A stretch of 64,000 nt of DNA, taken from positions 15,167,776 to 15,231,775 of the forward strand of contig NC_047072.1 of assembly GCF_902459465.1 (NCBI RefSeq), given 5' to 3'. Under the pieces are notes generated by a model. That model was not told where the DNA came from and searched no databases. It saw only the letters and a program-made list of their open reading frames with translations. Both the position numbers and the translations under genes were made by a program. The DNA comes from Asterias rubens (Eukaryota). Shown here piece after piece: positions 45,172-56,383 of the stretch. Positions within the stretch are counted from its first letter, which is position 1. Each line of letters starts with the position of its first letter.

Positions 45172-45271
45172 GCTGGATTTTGGTCATTTGGGTCTGTTTT
45201 TGAGTCAGTTGTGGGGGTGAGGTGCTCATACATTTCACAGATGTTGATTGATGCTGGTGTAAAATCACTAG
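45172..45271 (+). CDS. PARP4: PARP4 exon 33: AGFWSFGSVFESVVGVRCSYISQMLIDAGVKSL
   Basis: Acceptor cgcttttttttcAG, donor GTAAGT. Similar to human 'DGFWKLTPELGLILNLNTNGLHSFLKQKGIQSLG' in the C-terminal MVP-interaction region. Confidence 0.7.
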
Positions 45272-45926
45272 GTAAGTAAGATCGCTGTATGATGAATAAT
45301 TATCCTCTACTTAAATAGATCAAGTTAAGAGTCTTCAGGCTGTTTGACAAGTTGTGTTAATATCGGCCTTCAGTCAATCAAATTAAAGTTCCTGTGTCAA
45401 ATCAGTGTAATGTAGTTTTATTAAACAGTAAAGTTATCAGTTTCGCACAGCTGTGTAGAAGCTTCTGAGGAAATGTTAGTTTTTCTGGTCTTCTTATTTA
45501 AAAAGTCCGTCTATGCAAGACCATGCTGTCACCTTGTCACCTGTTGCTCTCAACAAGCTGCTTGGACAGAAGTTTCATTCATAGCGCCATTTCCCTAGAG
45601 AACAGTCTTCCTGTCTCTTTTGTTTGCAGCATTCCTAAGGAAGGGATTCAATCTTTCAAATGCTTCATGAACACCTTACATAAATCAGCAAGGTGATTCT
45701 TAGATGCTACTTATATATATCTCGCTGTTTTCTTGTATTCAGCAGTTTTTGAGTCCCAGAGAACTAGGTGATTAGCCAATCAGAGCTCTTGGTTCAAGGG
45801 CCTTTAGTGTGGTTTTATTTGTCTTTCTGTTCATTAACATTGTTATATCTTAATAGGCTATTGTTCACATTTACTCCTTAAGCATCTACAGAATCTATGT
45901 GGACTAAACAACCTGTTTTATTACAG

Positions 45927-46195
45927 GGAGCAACGTGGCTCGACTTCTTGAGCAGCTTGTAACAACATACCTCGTCATTCTCTGCCTAAACAAGGTTCTG
46001 AACCTCTCATCAACTCGCCACTTCAATAGCAAAGAAAGAGAGAGTACTGTAGAAGCGGTTGTGAATGCAGAGAGATGGGTAGCCCAGGTCGAGAGGGATC
46101 ACCCATCCATGGCTCGACGTCTAGAACTTGGAAGTAGTTGGCATGAGGTCTGTACCAACATCTTTCAACCTCTCATCAACTCGCCACTTCAATAG
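45927..46195 (+). CDS. PARP4: PARP4 last coding exon: (G)SNVARLLEQLVTTYLVILCLNKVLNLSSTRHFNSKERESTVEAVVNAERWVAQVERDHPSMARRLELGSSWHEVCTNIFQPLINSPLQ*
   Basis: Acceptor tgttttattacAG. The TAG stop ends at 46195. Matches human '...RECLLDLIATMLVLQFIRTRLEKEG...IKQASEWVRRTEGQYPSICPRLELGNDWDSATKQLLG'. Confidence 0.8.
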
Positions 46196-46667
46196 CAAAG
46201 AAAGAGAGAGTACTGTAGAAGCGGTTGTGAATGCAGAGAGATGGGTAGCCCAGGTCGAGAGGGATCACCCATCCATGGCTCGATGTCTAGAACTTGGAAG
46301 TAGTTGGCATGAGGTCTGTACCAACATCTTTCAACCTCTCATCAACTCGCCACTTCAATAACAAAGAAAGAGAGAGTACTGTGGAAGCGGTTGTGAATGC
46401 AGAGAGATGGGTAGCCCAGGTCGAGAGGGATCACCCATCCATGGCTCGACGTCTAGAACTTGGAAGTAGTTGGCATGAGGTCTGTACCAACATCTTTCAA
46501 CCTCTCATCAACTCGCCACTTCAATAACAAAGAAAGAGAGAGTACTGTGGAAGCGGTTGTGAATGCAGAGAGATGGGTAGCCTAGGTCGAGAGGGATCAC
46601 CCATCCATGGCTCGACGTCTTGAACTTGGAAGTAGTTGGAATGAGGTCTGTACCAACATCTTTAAGG
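46002..46667. repeat. 166-bp tandem repeat x4 covering the last about 55 codons and stop of PARP4 plus three downstream copies
   Basis: The unit acctctcatcaactcgccacttcaata(g/a)caaagaaagagagagtact...ggcatgaggtctgtaccaacatctttca starts at 46002, 46168, 46334 and 46500. Each copy retains an in-frame stop, so the ORFs 46128-46361 and 46294-46527 echo the true terminal exon. Confidence 0.9.
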
Positions 46668-47095
46668 GAGGTAAAGAAGTTGCACAGGTGGCGAATTGAA
46701 CCAAGACAAGATTAAAAGGATAGTTACATGATTAAAGGCATGGTGTACTTCTGGTAATCTTCAAAGACAAATATTCTCACTCGGTGTATCCCTATATATG
46801 CATAAATTAAACTTGGGTACAATTGGTTTTTAAAGTTGCACAAATATAATTGAAGAAAAAACCAACCACCATTTCATGAAAGTGTGTGCTTTCAGATGCA
46901 AGTGAAAAGGGTTTGTGAAAACTACCTCTTTCTCTAAAACTACATTTCTTCAAAACGTGTATTTCAAAATGTCACCACTCAACAAAATGAACTAGACACA
47001 GGTTGAATTATTGTGGTGTATATTGGATAGCAGAGGAGAGCATGTTTTGGCTCTAACACCAATAATAAAGAATCTTGTCAGACCAACTAGGAAAA

Positions 47096-47276
47096 CAATG
47101 AAATAAAAATCTTTGACTTGCTTCAGAATAGTGCCAAGAGAAAAAAACAATCTGTTTCCCCCAAAACACGTCTAAACAAGAAAAACAATGAAATAAAAAT
47201 CTTTGACTTGCCTCAGAATAGTGTCAAGAGAAAAAAACAATCTGTTTCCCCCAAAACACGTCTAAACAAGAAAAAC
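47096..47276. repeat. 90-bp tandem duplication
   Basis: caatgaaataaaaatctttgacttgc.tcagaatagtg.caagagaaaaaaacaatctgtttcccccaaaacacgtctaaacaagaaaaaca occurs twice. Confidence 0.85.
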
Positions 47277-48365
47277 ATAAATAGACAATGGGTATATTTT
47301 GCTGCGAGATAAAGCTGTCCCTTGTATATTTGATCCCTTTTTCTATCATTTTTATTTTCATAATGAAATCCGATATTGTCTTTCAAAATTAACAACAGAT
47401 TATACAGAACAACTCAATCTTATGTAAACAATAATTTTTGTGAACAAATAAATTGTTAGAAATATAAATATAATTGACCCTTTGCATATTGCCAACAAGA
47501 GTTAAACAGCGCCCTCACTCAGTCTAAATGAAGGCCTCTCATTGGCTGATAGTTTTGTATGGAGTGTATACTTTTGCATGATTCCATTGTTTGACCTATG
47601 CATTGGTTGGCCTATGTAAGGGGCATGTGTATAATGTGGATGTAATTTATATTTTTTTATGAATGCAGATAATGTATTACTATGGATACATAACAAATGG
47701 CTGACTGTATTTTTTTTATCTTACAATATTGCTATTCAGGACAGTTCAACCATTTAGATTAATATAGTGTTAAAAAAAAGTATGCTAACATTTAATCAGG
47801 CAAATTAGATACATTATAGTCAAGCCAATTTGTTATATATAATAAAGCAAATTATATGCAATAATCCCTTTCCCCTCTTTTTTTCTATAAATGGATATGT
47901 ATTTGTTTGTACTTATTTTATGCCTCTGAAGAAGGTCCGGTTTGGATTGGAAGCTAAGGCCATCTACCCTATTCATTATTAATAATGCAAATTAGATACA
48001 TTTAATAATGTTATTTAGATACATATATTACTGATAATTAGATACATATAATTATGCAAGTAGATACATATAACGCAAATCAGAATTACCATAATCATTG
48101 AGACAGTGTGCCTTGTTTTCTAATTGACGAAACAACAGCTATAGTTTTCTGAAAATTTACACTTTTAATATATAATCTTGCCCTTACTGCTCAAAAAAAT
48201 AATATTAAAATTGACTGTTCAGTCCGTATCCATATTAAAAACAAATGCGTCTATGGTTACAATTGTTATTACAAACAACTCGTTCAGCTTCATAGGAGTA
48301 AGAGATTGCCTAGTTTAAAATGTTATTAGATTGTTTCTCGGGTTTGATAGAACCTATTTTAAATA

Positions 48366-48590
48366 CAACGGACACTATTGGTAATTGTCAAAGACCAGTT
48401 TTATCACTTGCTGTGTCTCAACATATGCATAAAACAACAAACCTGTGCAAATTTGAGCTCAATTGGTCATTGAAGTTGCGAGATAATAATGAAAGAAAAA
48501 AACATTCTTGCCACACGAAGTTGTTACTCGCTACCAAGTAAGGTTTTATGCTAATAGTTATGTTGAGTAATTATTGCCTTTAAAATGATT
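48366..48590. mobile_element. MITE family A copy, 5'-truncated and degraded at the 3' end
   Basis: cggacactattggtaattgtcaaagaccagttttatcac...gcaaatttgagctcaattggtcattgaagttgcgagataataatgaaagaaaaaaac. Confidence 0.6.
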
Positions 48591-49624
48591 TGATATAGTT
48601 TGTTTTAGATAAACTACAGGTTGATAACCCAAACAGTCTAACAACCATGGAACCATGTGACTTAACATGTTTTAACATTATATAGGGGGAAAGTGCCAAA
48701 TGAGAAAATAATACAAAGCTCAACAAGTGCGAACATCAAGGCTATTGTCCATGGATAAATAATAACAAAAGTCTTATTTATTTGTTTTGAATGAACTGTT
48801 TTAGTTTGCACACCAAGCCCCTTTAAAAACCATACACAGTAAGAAAGACACAAATACAAAGTTTCCTTACTTGCAAATAATAGCCACGGCTAGTTTTAGT
48901 TTGAACAAAATAACAAATAAATAACACAAATTAATTATAAAACAGAAGCTATTTTATTCAATTTGAAAAAGTGAATAGAACTCGCTTAAAAAGTATCGTA
49001 CATAGGTCTTCACACTTTAAAAAAACTTATTATTAAATTAGTTTATTATTAATCTTTTTAATTATTATCAATAGGTGATACAGGAATGTGTAGTTGTAAT
49101 ATTATTTACTCCGTGAGCATAACCCTTCCTTCTCCAAATGAATCGCGCAAACGTCAGTAATTCAGTTGTCAATGACTACACTGGAATTATAATGAAATTT
49201 TCTTGAAACCTACAAGGGCAAACCGCCAGCTAAAATCCCTTTGTAGTTATGATGAATACATGGAAGTGGGGGCATGCCAAGCCACAATTCCCGTCAATGT
49301 TTAACTACCAGGACTGTTATAGTCAATAAACCTACTATTTGCACTTTCTCTGTTACCTCTCAAATGAATCATGAGTGTAATTTGATAAGGTGTGATAATT
49401 GAAAGTGATTGGTTACAATAGAATTAAAGTTGGGTTTGTGTTACTTTCTGGCAATATAACCAATGACCAATCAAAGTGCATTGCGTTGTATTCCGTAGGC
49501 CTGGCGATAAACAAGTACAGTATCCGGGAGAGGTTGTTATGCGGTTTACTTAAACCCAGGACTGGTTAATTTAGATACTACAGCCTTGTGGCACTAGTGC
49601 GCGTGCAGCTATAGATGTATGCTC

Positions 49625-49631
49625 TATAAAA
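49625..49631 (+). promoter_or_regulatory. TATA box (TATAAAA) of the C-type lectin gene
   Basis: ctcTATAAAActtg lies 87 to 114 bp upstream of the candidate ATGs (49718 and 49745), a typical spacing to an initiator-proximal start. Confidence 0.5.
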
Positions 49632-49744
49632 CTTGTTGAGAAACATCTTACGTTTCAATCAGTTGATGTTCCTCAATACAGACCATTAATTTGTGTGCTG
49701 GACAAACCAAACTTTCGATGGTACAGAAATCTTGGGACGGAACA

Positions 49745-50251
49745 ATGAGTTTTCTCAATGTCTTAATGGCAATAATGGCGGCCATGACTGGAATGGGAGT
49801 AGATGCGGAATGTGCCACGCCCTACTGCCCACCACCATGGCACGGCTTTGAAGGCAATTGTTACCAGTTTATTGATCTTCAGAAGTCATGGCTTGAAGCT
49901 GAGAAACACTGCCAGATGTTATCCCACCCAGGCAAGATGGTTCATCTAGCATCCATTCACAGTAACAAGGAGGATGCCTTCATCGGCAGTTTGGTCAAGT
50001 CTTTAAAGCATTCCAAGAAAACGAAGGCAGATGAGGGCGAGTCTTATTGGATCGGTTACCATGACATTGGACATGAGAATGTGCATCAATGGATTGATGA
50101 GACGGCTGCTGTCTACTGCAATTGGGCTACAGGCGAACCTAATAACTACCCTGAGAGTGAGAACTGCGTGGAGAAGTACAAACAATATGCATCTCAAAAA
50201 TGGAATGATTTTGACTGTAACGCAAAACAACAGTTTGTCTGCAAATTGTGA
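49745..50251 (+). CDS. Secreted C-type lectin (single CTLD, EPN/WND mannose-type motifs), intronless: MSFLNVLMAIMAAMTGMGVDAECATPYCPPPWHGFEGNCYQF...WIGYHDIGHENVHQWIDETAAVYCNWATGEPNNYPESENCVEKYKQYASQKWNDFDCNAKQQFVCKL*
   Basis: Continuous ORF with an N-terminal signal peptide, a CTLD cysteine framework, WIGL-like 'YWIGY', 'GEPNN' and 'WNDFDC'. ATG 49745 has A at -3. The in-frame ATG at 49718 (MVQKSWDGT-) is an alternative. The ORF-track start at 49691 is TTG. Confidence 0.8.
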   Translation: MSFLNVLMAIMAAMTGMGVDAECATPYCPPPWHGFEGNCYQFIDLQKSWLEAEKHCQMLSHPGKMVHLASIHSNKEDAFIGSLVKSLKHSKKTKADEGESYWIGYHDIGHENVHQWIDETAAVYCNWATGEPNNYPESENCVEKYKQYASQKWNDFDCNAKQQFVCKL

Positions 50252-50562
50252 ACACTTGCGCCGTATCATCTCCCGTTGATGATGAAACGGTGCTGATCAC
50301 TACATGTACTACAACTTGTCTGCATTTCTATTTGTGACATAAGAGACGTAGGTCTGAATGTGCAATTCATTACCAATATTTATGGGGAGTTGTAGTTTAT
50401 TTGCTGCTTTGTTAGTAATTTTTTGTTTTGAATAACGGGAAATCCGAAAAGAGTGCAATAATTTTTGTACAAAGTCGCACTTCACGAAATCAGAACCTAG
50501 TTATTATTTTAAAGCAAACACCTCTCCCGTTTTCACACAGACAAAAATGTTGTGATCTCACT

Positions 50563-50770
50563 TAAAGGCACTGGACACTATTGGTAATTACAACAACAAA
50601 AAAGGAATAACTGTAAGCATAAAATCTTACTTGAAACAAGCAGAGAGCTGTTGATAGTATAAAACATTGCGAGGAACGGCTCCCTCTGAAGAGTAGTTTT
50701 TGGGAAAGGGGTAATTTTTGATTTTCCAACATTAAAAGTCTTTAGGTGTGAACCCCTTTTTAGGCTTTTA
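50563..50770. mobile_element. MITE family A partial copy (left TIR only), between the lectin gene and the CTLD pseudogene
   Basis: cttaaaggcactggacactattggtaattacaac...gctccctctgaagagtagtttttgggaaag. Confidence 0.5.
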
Positions 50771-50869
50771 CTCAAGGAAGAGCAGCTGCAAGATTAGTCG
50801 GTTGTTAGACTTCGTACAGCATGGCGTTTGGTCTTGTTTTCTTGTTGAAAGTTTGGTCATGTGTCTCAA

Positions 50870-51268
50870 GCCACGCAATGTGGAACATTTTGTCCAACAT
50901 GATGGGTCACCTTTGAGGAGTACTATGGATGGGCTCAACAAAGCACTGAATTGGAATTTTTATGCTGAGCGATATTGTCACACATTATCACAACCTGGTA
51001 AAGATGGTGAGTCTTGCATCTATTACCACAGTAGAGGAGAAGATGACTTTATTGCCGAGTATGTCTACTATAGTGTCTGGACTTTCTATCCAGGCTTCTG
51101 GATCGAGTTCATGGCGTAGAAAAGGAAGATGTATCAATTCAAATGGACGCATTCTGTGGCAGAACTTAATAATCTTAATGAAGACTGTGTAGAAAGGTTC
51201 GTGTATGTCCCGGGAGTGGAATGATATCTCATGCAGCCATACTTCGGGATTTGTTTGCAAAACGTAAA
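50870..51268 (+). pseudogene. Decayed paralogous CTLD (tandem duplicate of the lectin gene) with a stop and frameshift
   Basis: 'ALNWNFYAERYCHTLSQPGKDGESCIYYHSRGEDDFIAEYVYYSVWTFYPGFWIEFMA*' then, in another frame, '...FKWTHSVAELNNLNEDCVERFVYVPGVE' and 'WNDISCSHTSGFVCKT*'. Alignable to the intact CTLD (AEKHCQMLSHPGK / YWIGY / NCVEKY / WNDFDC / FVCKL) but interrupted by TAG and a 1-nt shift. No signal peptide. Confidence 0.65.
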
Positions 51269-51389
51269 TCCATATTCACAACTTTTGTCATCATAAACAA
51301 TGGTGGCTGCCTCAAAACAGAGGTTGGCCAGCCTACTGAAACAGGACTCATACACGTTAAGTAACCACTTGGCGCCAGTGACGCATTTA

Positions 51390-51905
51390 ATTATGTCCTC
51401 TATGCAATACTATCCGAAGGACATTTTTGCATATGCAATAATGTCCGCCCGGACGCTGCTGCATATTGCAATTGTGTCCGCCCGGACACATTTGCATCTG
51501 CAGTTGTGTCCGCCCCGTGCAAAACCGTCCTTGCAGTAAATTAAACGCCCTTGGTCGACGGAACACGCTCGCCATTTTTTTACCATCTAAGTGCATGTTC
51601 ATGAATGACATGGCAAATGTTCGGCCGTTGGGTCATGTACTAGACTTGATTCAAGTCCCATTCTCGCACGAGAGTTCCCTAAGCAATGCGCGCTCGCCGT
51701 CAAAATATGGTCCCGAGAATGCGGAACAGGTTTTGGAATGCAGAACACAAAACAATAGTTTCCTGCGGATGGCACGGGATTGGGGATTGGGACTTGAGTA
51801 AAGTCTGGTCATGTACGTGTCCGCCGGACGGTTTTTGCATTATAACCCCGGGACACGAAGTATGCAAAAGTGTCCGGAGCGGACAGTATTGTATGGCGGA
51901 GACAA
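51390..51905. repeat. GC-rich foldback/inverted-repeat region with repeated 'gtccgcccggac' palindromic motifs
   Basis: 51440-51540 (tgtccgcccggacgctgctgcat...tgcaaaaccgtccttgcag) is partially reverse-complementary to 51810-51900 (gtgtccgccggacggtttttgcat...). Confidence 0.45.
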
Positions 51906-52610
51906 TTGCATCTGACACCGGCATAAAACGTCTAGAGGTGGCGGTGAAACTTTCGTCTCAAACGTAGCCTTCACGCGCTGTGAAAGCCCCCCCCCCCCAA
52001 TTCGGCAAGTTCCTTCAACCAAAGTGACTCTTTTATAACACTCCCGTGACCTTCATGACCTGGTATTAAAGTTGCATGATCTGATTTTCGCCGAACGAAT
52101 TTTTACAGATGATGCTGTTTGCAAACGAAAAACAAACAATCTCTTTTTTGTACTAAGCCCTGTGCCACGAGCAACCACCCGAAATCAACTATTTTGTTGA
52201 TGTTTGTTGTTGTTTGTTAATGACCACTTTAATGGCGGATTTCTTGTGTGCTATTGAAGTTGAAGCAAGATATAAAAAATAAATAGAAATGTGTTTGAAA
52301 CAAATTTAGGCCGATCTTTTCTAAAAATTATTGACAAGTTGATCGGACATGAATCTCGGCTGATAGGCCCATGAGTGTATTTAGGAAGTAATTTAGACTG
52401 CATGTTATCTGGACTAGATAATACTCCTACGTGGTGGAGAGGATTTGCTGTGTTGACATTTTATTTAAAACCCCATGATCAAAGGATCAAAGTTCAGATT
52501 GTGTATTGAGCAATGTGTGTACAATAAAATGTAACTAGTGCTGTCTGATTAAACTCCATCCCAATTGGTTGTAAAGTGTTCTACGAAAAGGTTTTTTTAT
52601 AAACACAACA

Positions 52611-52983
52611 ATGTTCACCTTCATTGTGGCAGTCTTAACAGCCTGTGTCAGTGGATACTGGCTTGGGCAACGGGTGATTGGATTTTATTTCAGAAAGCGC
52701 TTGGATCCATGGGGTAAAGCAGTTCTCGTTTCTGGTTGTGATACGGGCTTCGGTAACGCCCTGGCTAGCCGACTTCATGGCCTCGGATTCACCGTGTTTG
52801 CTGGGTGTTTGGACTCCAAATGCGAGGGGGCTCTAAAGCTGGTGAAGGAGGCTAAACAAATGGAACGAGATGACGGAAGATCGAAAAGACCACGTATGAA
52901 GGTGATTCAGATGGACATTTGCAACGATAAGGAAGTCGCTGAAAGTGTGAGGACTGTTTCAAGTTTACTACCAAAGGATACAG
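52611..52983 (+). CDS. BDH1: BDH1-like (D-beta-hydroxybutyrate dehydrogenase, SDR) exon 1: MFTFIVAVLTACVSGYWLGQRVIGFYFRKRLDPWGKAVLVSGCDTGFGNALASRLHGLGFTVFAGCLDSKCEGALKLVKEAKQMERDDGRSKRPRMKVIQMDICNDKEVAESVRTVSSLLPKDT(G)
   Basis: ATG at 52611, donor GTAACG at 52984. Matches human BDH1 '[32 protein letters not shown]...[26 protein letters not shown]'. Confidence 0.85.
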
Positions 52984-53145
52984 GTAACGTATTATCCCAC
53001 TCTCATTGTCTGTGCCTTTCCGTTGGAAATGTTTCAACATAATAACCCAAACACTCTAACAAACACAAATAATGGGAGGGAGTTTTCTTGATACAATACT
53101 CTTTTTATTTTAAACTGATAACACTTGACCCTTTAATTCCTGCAG

Positions 53146-53298
53146 GATTGTGGGGTATCGTCAACAATGCTGGTCTGTCGACCTTCGGAGAGGTGGAGTG
53201 GTGCAATTTGGAAATGTTTCATCGTGTAGCTGACGTCAACATATGGGGAGGGGTCAGAGTGGTGAAAGCGTTCCTACCACTCATCCGAAGAGCAAAGG
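53146..53298 (+). CDS. BDH1: BDH1-like exon 2: (G)[50 protein letters not shown](G)
   Basis: Acceptor ttaattcctgcAG, donor GTGAGT. Matches human '[51 protein letters not shown]'. Confidence 0.9.
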
Positions 53299-53398
53299 GT
53301 GAGTACCAAATAAAAATACAAAAAAGAACTCCAAAAAGCTTGTGTTTTGTCTGAAAGTTTTGTTTCTAAATCAATATTTTATGTGTCTAACCCAACAG

Positions 53399-53865
53399 GT
53401 CGAATTATCCAAATGACCAGTGGCCTTGCTCGTCAAGGTCACCCTGGACGTTCCTGTTACGTCCTCTCCAAGTATGCCATGGAAGGCTTCTCTCAGTGTC
53501 TGAGGTATGAGATGCGGCGATGGGGTGTACACGTTAGTATCATCGAACCAGGAAACTTCATTGCTGCAACAGGGATCTTTACACCAGAGAAGATCCGGCA
53601 AATCGCTAATAAGATGTGGGATGGGATGAGTGAAGTGACAAGGCAAGCATACGGCAAGGAGGCATTCGATGCTCAGGTGGAAACCATGAGTTATTATAGT
53701 GGAGTGGGAACCACAGACACCGCGCCTGTTGTAGATGCTATGGTGGCGGCATTAACAGATTCACGGCCCAGGATTCGGTACGAGCCTAAGGACTTGTATT
53801 GGAGACTACGGACTTTTGTGATGTCAATATTGCCTCAAGAGATTGGTGATTGGTTCTACTATTAG
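53399..53865 (+). CDS. BDH1: BDH1-like exon 3: [154 protein letters not shown]
   Basis: Acceptor ctaacccaacAG. The TAG stop ends at 53865. Colinear with human '[145 protein letters not shown]' (SDR YxxxK, 'IEPGNF'). Confidence 0.9.
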
Positions 53866-54016
53866 GTAGTATATTACTTTGAACGCATCGATAATCAGAC
53901 ATGTATATCCTACACCCCACTCAACTCCGTTACCCCACACCTCACAATACATGCCTAATAATAATGGGCTGGATAAAGACAGTGGGCTTGTCAATAAGAC
54001 TACTGATTAATATAAA

Positions 54017-54405
54017 TTAAAGACACTAGACACTATTGGTAATTGTCAAAGACCAGTCTTCTCACCTGGTGTATCTCAACATATGCATGAAATAACAAAC
54101 CTGTGAAAATTTGAGCTCAATCGGTCGTCGAATTTGCGAGATAATAATGAAAGAAAAAACACCCTTGTTACACGAAGTTGTGTGCTTTCAGATGCTTGAT
54201 TTCGAGACCTCAAATTCTAAACTTGAGGTCTCGAAATCAAACTCGCGGAAAACTACTTCATTCTCGAAAACTACGTCACTTGAGGATGCCGTTTCTCACG
54301 ATGTTTTATACTATCAACAGCTCCCCATTACTCGTTACCGCATCAAGTAAGGTTTTATGCTAATAATTATTTTGAGTAATTACCAATAGTGTCCACTGCC
54401 TTTAA
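54017..54405. mobile_element. MITE family A copy, TTAA-flanked
   Basis: ttaaagacactagacactattggtaattgtcaaagaccagtc ... accaatagtgtccactgcctttaa. Confidence 0.75.
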
Positions 54406-55994
54406 TTTATGTGGAAATGATAAGCAACACAAAATGTGTTACGTGTCATATACAACTCATTGCAATGTGATAATTATAAAAAAGGGAAATAAATTGTTAT
54501 TTTTTTAGTTTGAATAAATTAATCAGCGTAGTTTGTTTTCTTTAGGGGGCCGCTTGACAAGGTTTGATTGACCACTAACTTTGAAATTATTGTGATCGAC
54601 ACTGGTTCGTCTTGACTAGAATGGTAGCCTTCATTTTACACTTCTCTTGAGCAAGATCACGCACCGCAGTAGGCCTACATAGCCCTGGCGCCTAAAATAT
54701 CGCCTCATGGGATTTTACTTATTGTCAACGTCGTCTGCTAATACACCGTTAAACTTAAAGAGCGCCCTCCATCGAATAGGATGTTGAGCTAGGCACTGAA
54801 ATACTACGTCACTTGCAGCAGACCAATCATAAAGCAGAAATTAAGAACTTTGTAAGTGCCTGTCTTATTTTTTTTGCGGACGATAATTTTTCCGTCGTCG
54901 TCGCGCGTCCGGCCGGCACGTACGCGCCGCCGTCCGTATATCGTCTCGCACTAGCTGGTTGTGTGGATTCGGTTGTGTGAAGCGAGCGATGTGACGATTT
55001 TCCCGGTCCGAGTAATCGCCAGTGTCGCAGTGAGTAATAACAAAATGTTTACGATTATTTTACACTCTTATTTGTTTTCTTTCTTCATGACCATGTTTTG
55101 TTTGCTGAATATTATCGATATTGTTTTAAATAGTGGCAAAGTTATGACAGTAGTAGCACCTTTCAGTTTAACAACAAACTACTACAGTACTAGTTGTAGT
55201 ACGCATTACCGTAGTAGTAGACTACACTAGTCATCCTAGTTTGTTGTCGATAGTGTGGGGTCATGTTCTTTTTTTACATTTTTTTAATAATGTACCGGTA
55301 ATGTGTTCTCTTCTCTAGTAACGTAACTCAACTCAAGGCATCATTCAGAACAGTTGACATTTTGAAGATTTTATTATAATTATTAGCCTAATTTTATTTT
55401 TGCTTGTACTATAGACTGGACCGAGTGACAGTGTACAACACAAGCTGTTGATTTTAAGCATAAGTGAAACAGTGGTGTTTGTTTATAAAGTTGCTGCATT
55501 TAACACAACATTTGTCACGTTTTGAACTGAAACCCCCCCACATTATCTACTAAAACAAACAGAAACACACTATAGTCCTTTGCCCTAGTTCTCAACCTAC
55601 ATGTAGGCTAAAAAAAACTAAGTTTTCTATATAATATATGAATATTTTCATCACACCGTTAAACTGCAATGTCGCCCTCATGCGATAGAAACTGAACAAC
55701 TAAAAGGTTTCTCACAAGCAGTCACTGTGTAACAGACCAGACAAGACTGCTGACTACCCAAGTGAAAGTATCAACTGCAAAAAAAACAAACAAAAAAAAA
55801 CGCTAACACATCAAACGATTACCAATGATACAAGTAATGTTTGCCTTTATAGTTTCATGTGTGTTCGTACTCCTACTCCTTGGAATTCGGCATCCGACTA
55901 TTTAGATTATTCTTGGTATTTTATATTTTTAACTGATTTTGAATCTGAAAACTCACTTAATTCATATGACACAATAGAAATAAATATAATTTTC

Positions 55995-56383
55995 TTAAAG
56001 GCAGTGGACACTATTGGTAATTACTCAAAATAATTATTAGCATAAAACCTTTCTTTGGTGACGAGTAATGGGGAGAGGTTGATGGTATACAACATTGTGA
56101 GAAACGGCTCCCTCTGAAGTGCCATAGTTTTTGAGAAAGAAGTAATTTTCCACGAATTTGATTTCGAGACCTCAGATTTAGAACTTGAGGTCTCGAAATC
56201 AACCATCTAAACGCACACAACTTTGTGTGACACAGGGTTATTTTTCTTTCATTATTATCTCACAACTTCGATCACAGATTGAGCTCAATTTTTCACAGGT
56301 TTGTTATTTTAAGCATATGTTGAGATACACCGACTGTGAAGGCTAGTCTTTGACAATTACCAATAGTGTCCACTGCCTTTAAA
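55995..56383. mobile_element. MITE family A copy (inverse orientation), TTAA-flanked
   Basis: ttaaaggcagtggacactattggtaattactcaaaataattat ... caattaccaatagtgtccactgcctttaaa. Confidence 0.75.

Larger units (their letters stand above)
17514..46195 (+). other. PARP4: Gene span: PARP4 / vault poly(ADP-ribose) polymerase ortholog. 34 coding exons encoding BRCT, PARP regulatory and catalytic, VIT and vWA domains, a low-complexity repeat region and an MVP-interaction-like C-terminus
   Basis: The domain order and many blocks match human PARP4: VTKAESILLQIKKAL...LIPHK-like 'QIPHKIHHKEDF...KKQDLCQ', catalytic 'FHASRPANFVGILSRGLVLPKVV...GSGIYFADSF', 'DDEYVVYNTNQ', VIT 'MPIEAKYVFPLDEQAAVCGFEAFINDKHIVGEVKEKE...QGHGAYLMDEEKPDVFTVSVGNLPP', vWA 'ILLDLSNSMRGG...ISDGHVSNEE', 'ITQFTSFVAVEVRDE', C-terminus 'RRLELGSSW'. 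All 34 exon phases chain without conflict. Confidence 0.9.

Noticed and set aside
49691-49744. ORF-track start of the lectin at 49691
   Set aside because: Position 49691 is TTG, not ATG. The first ATGs are 49718 and 49745, and the signal peptide begins at 49745.
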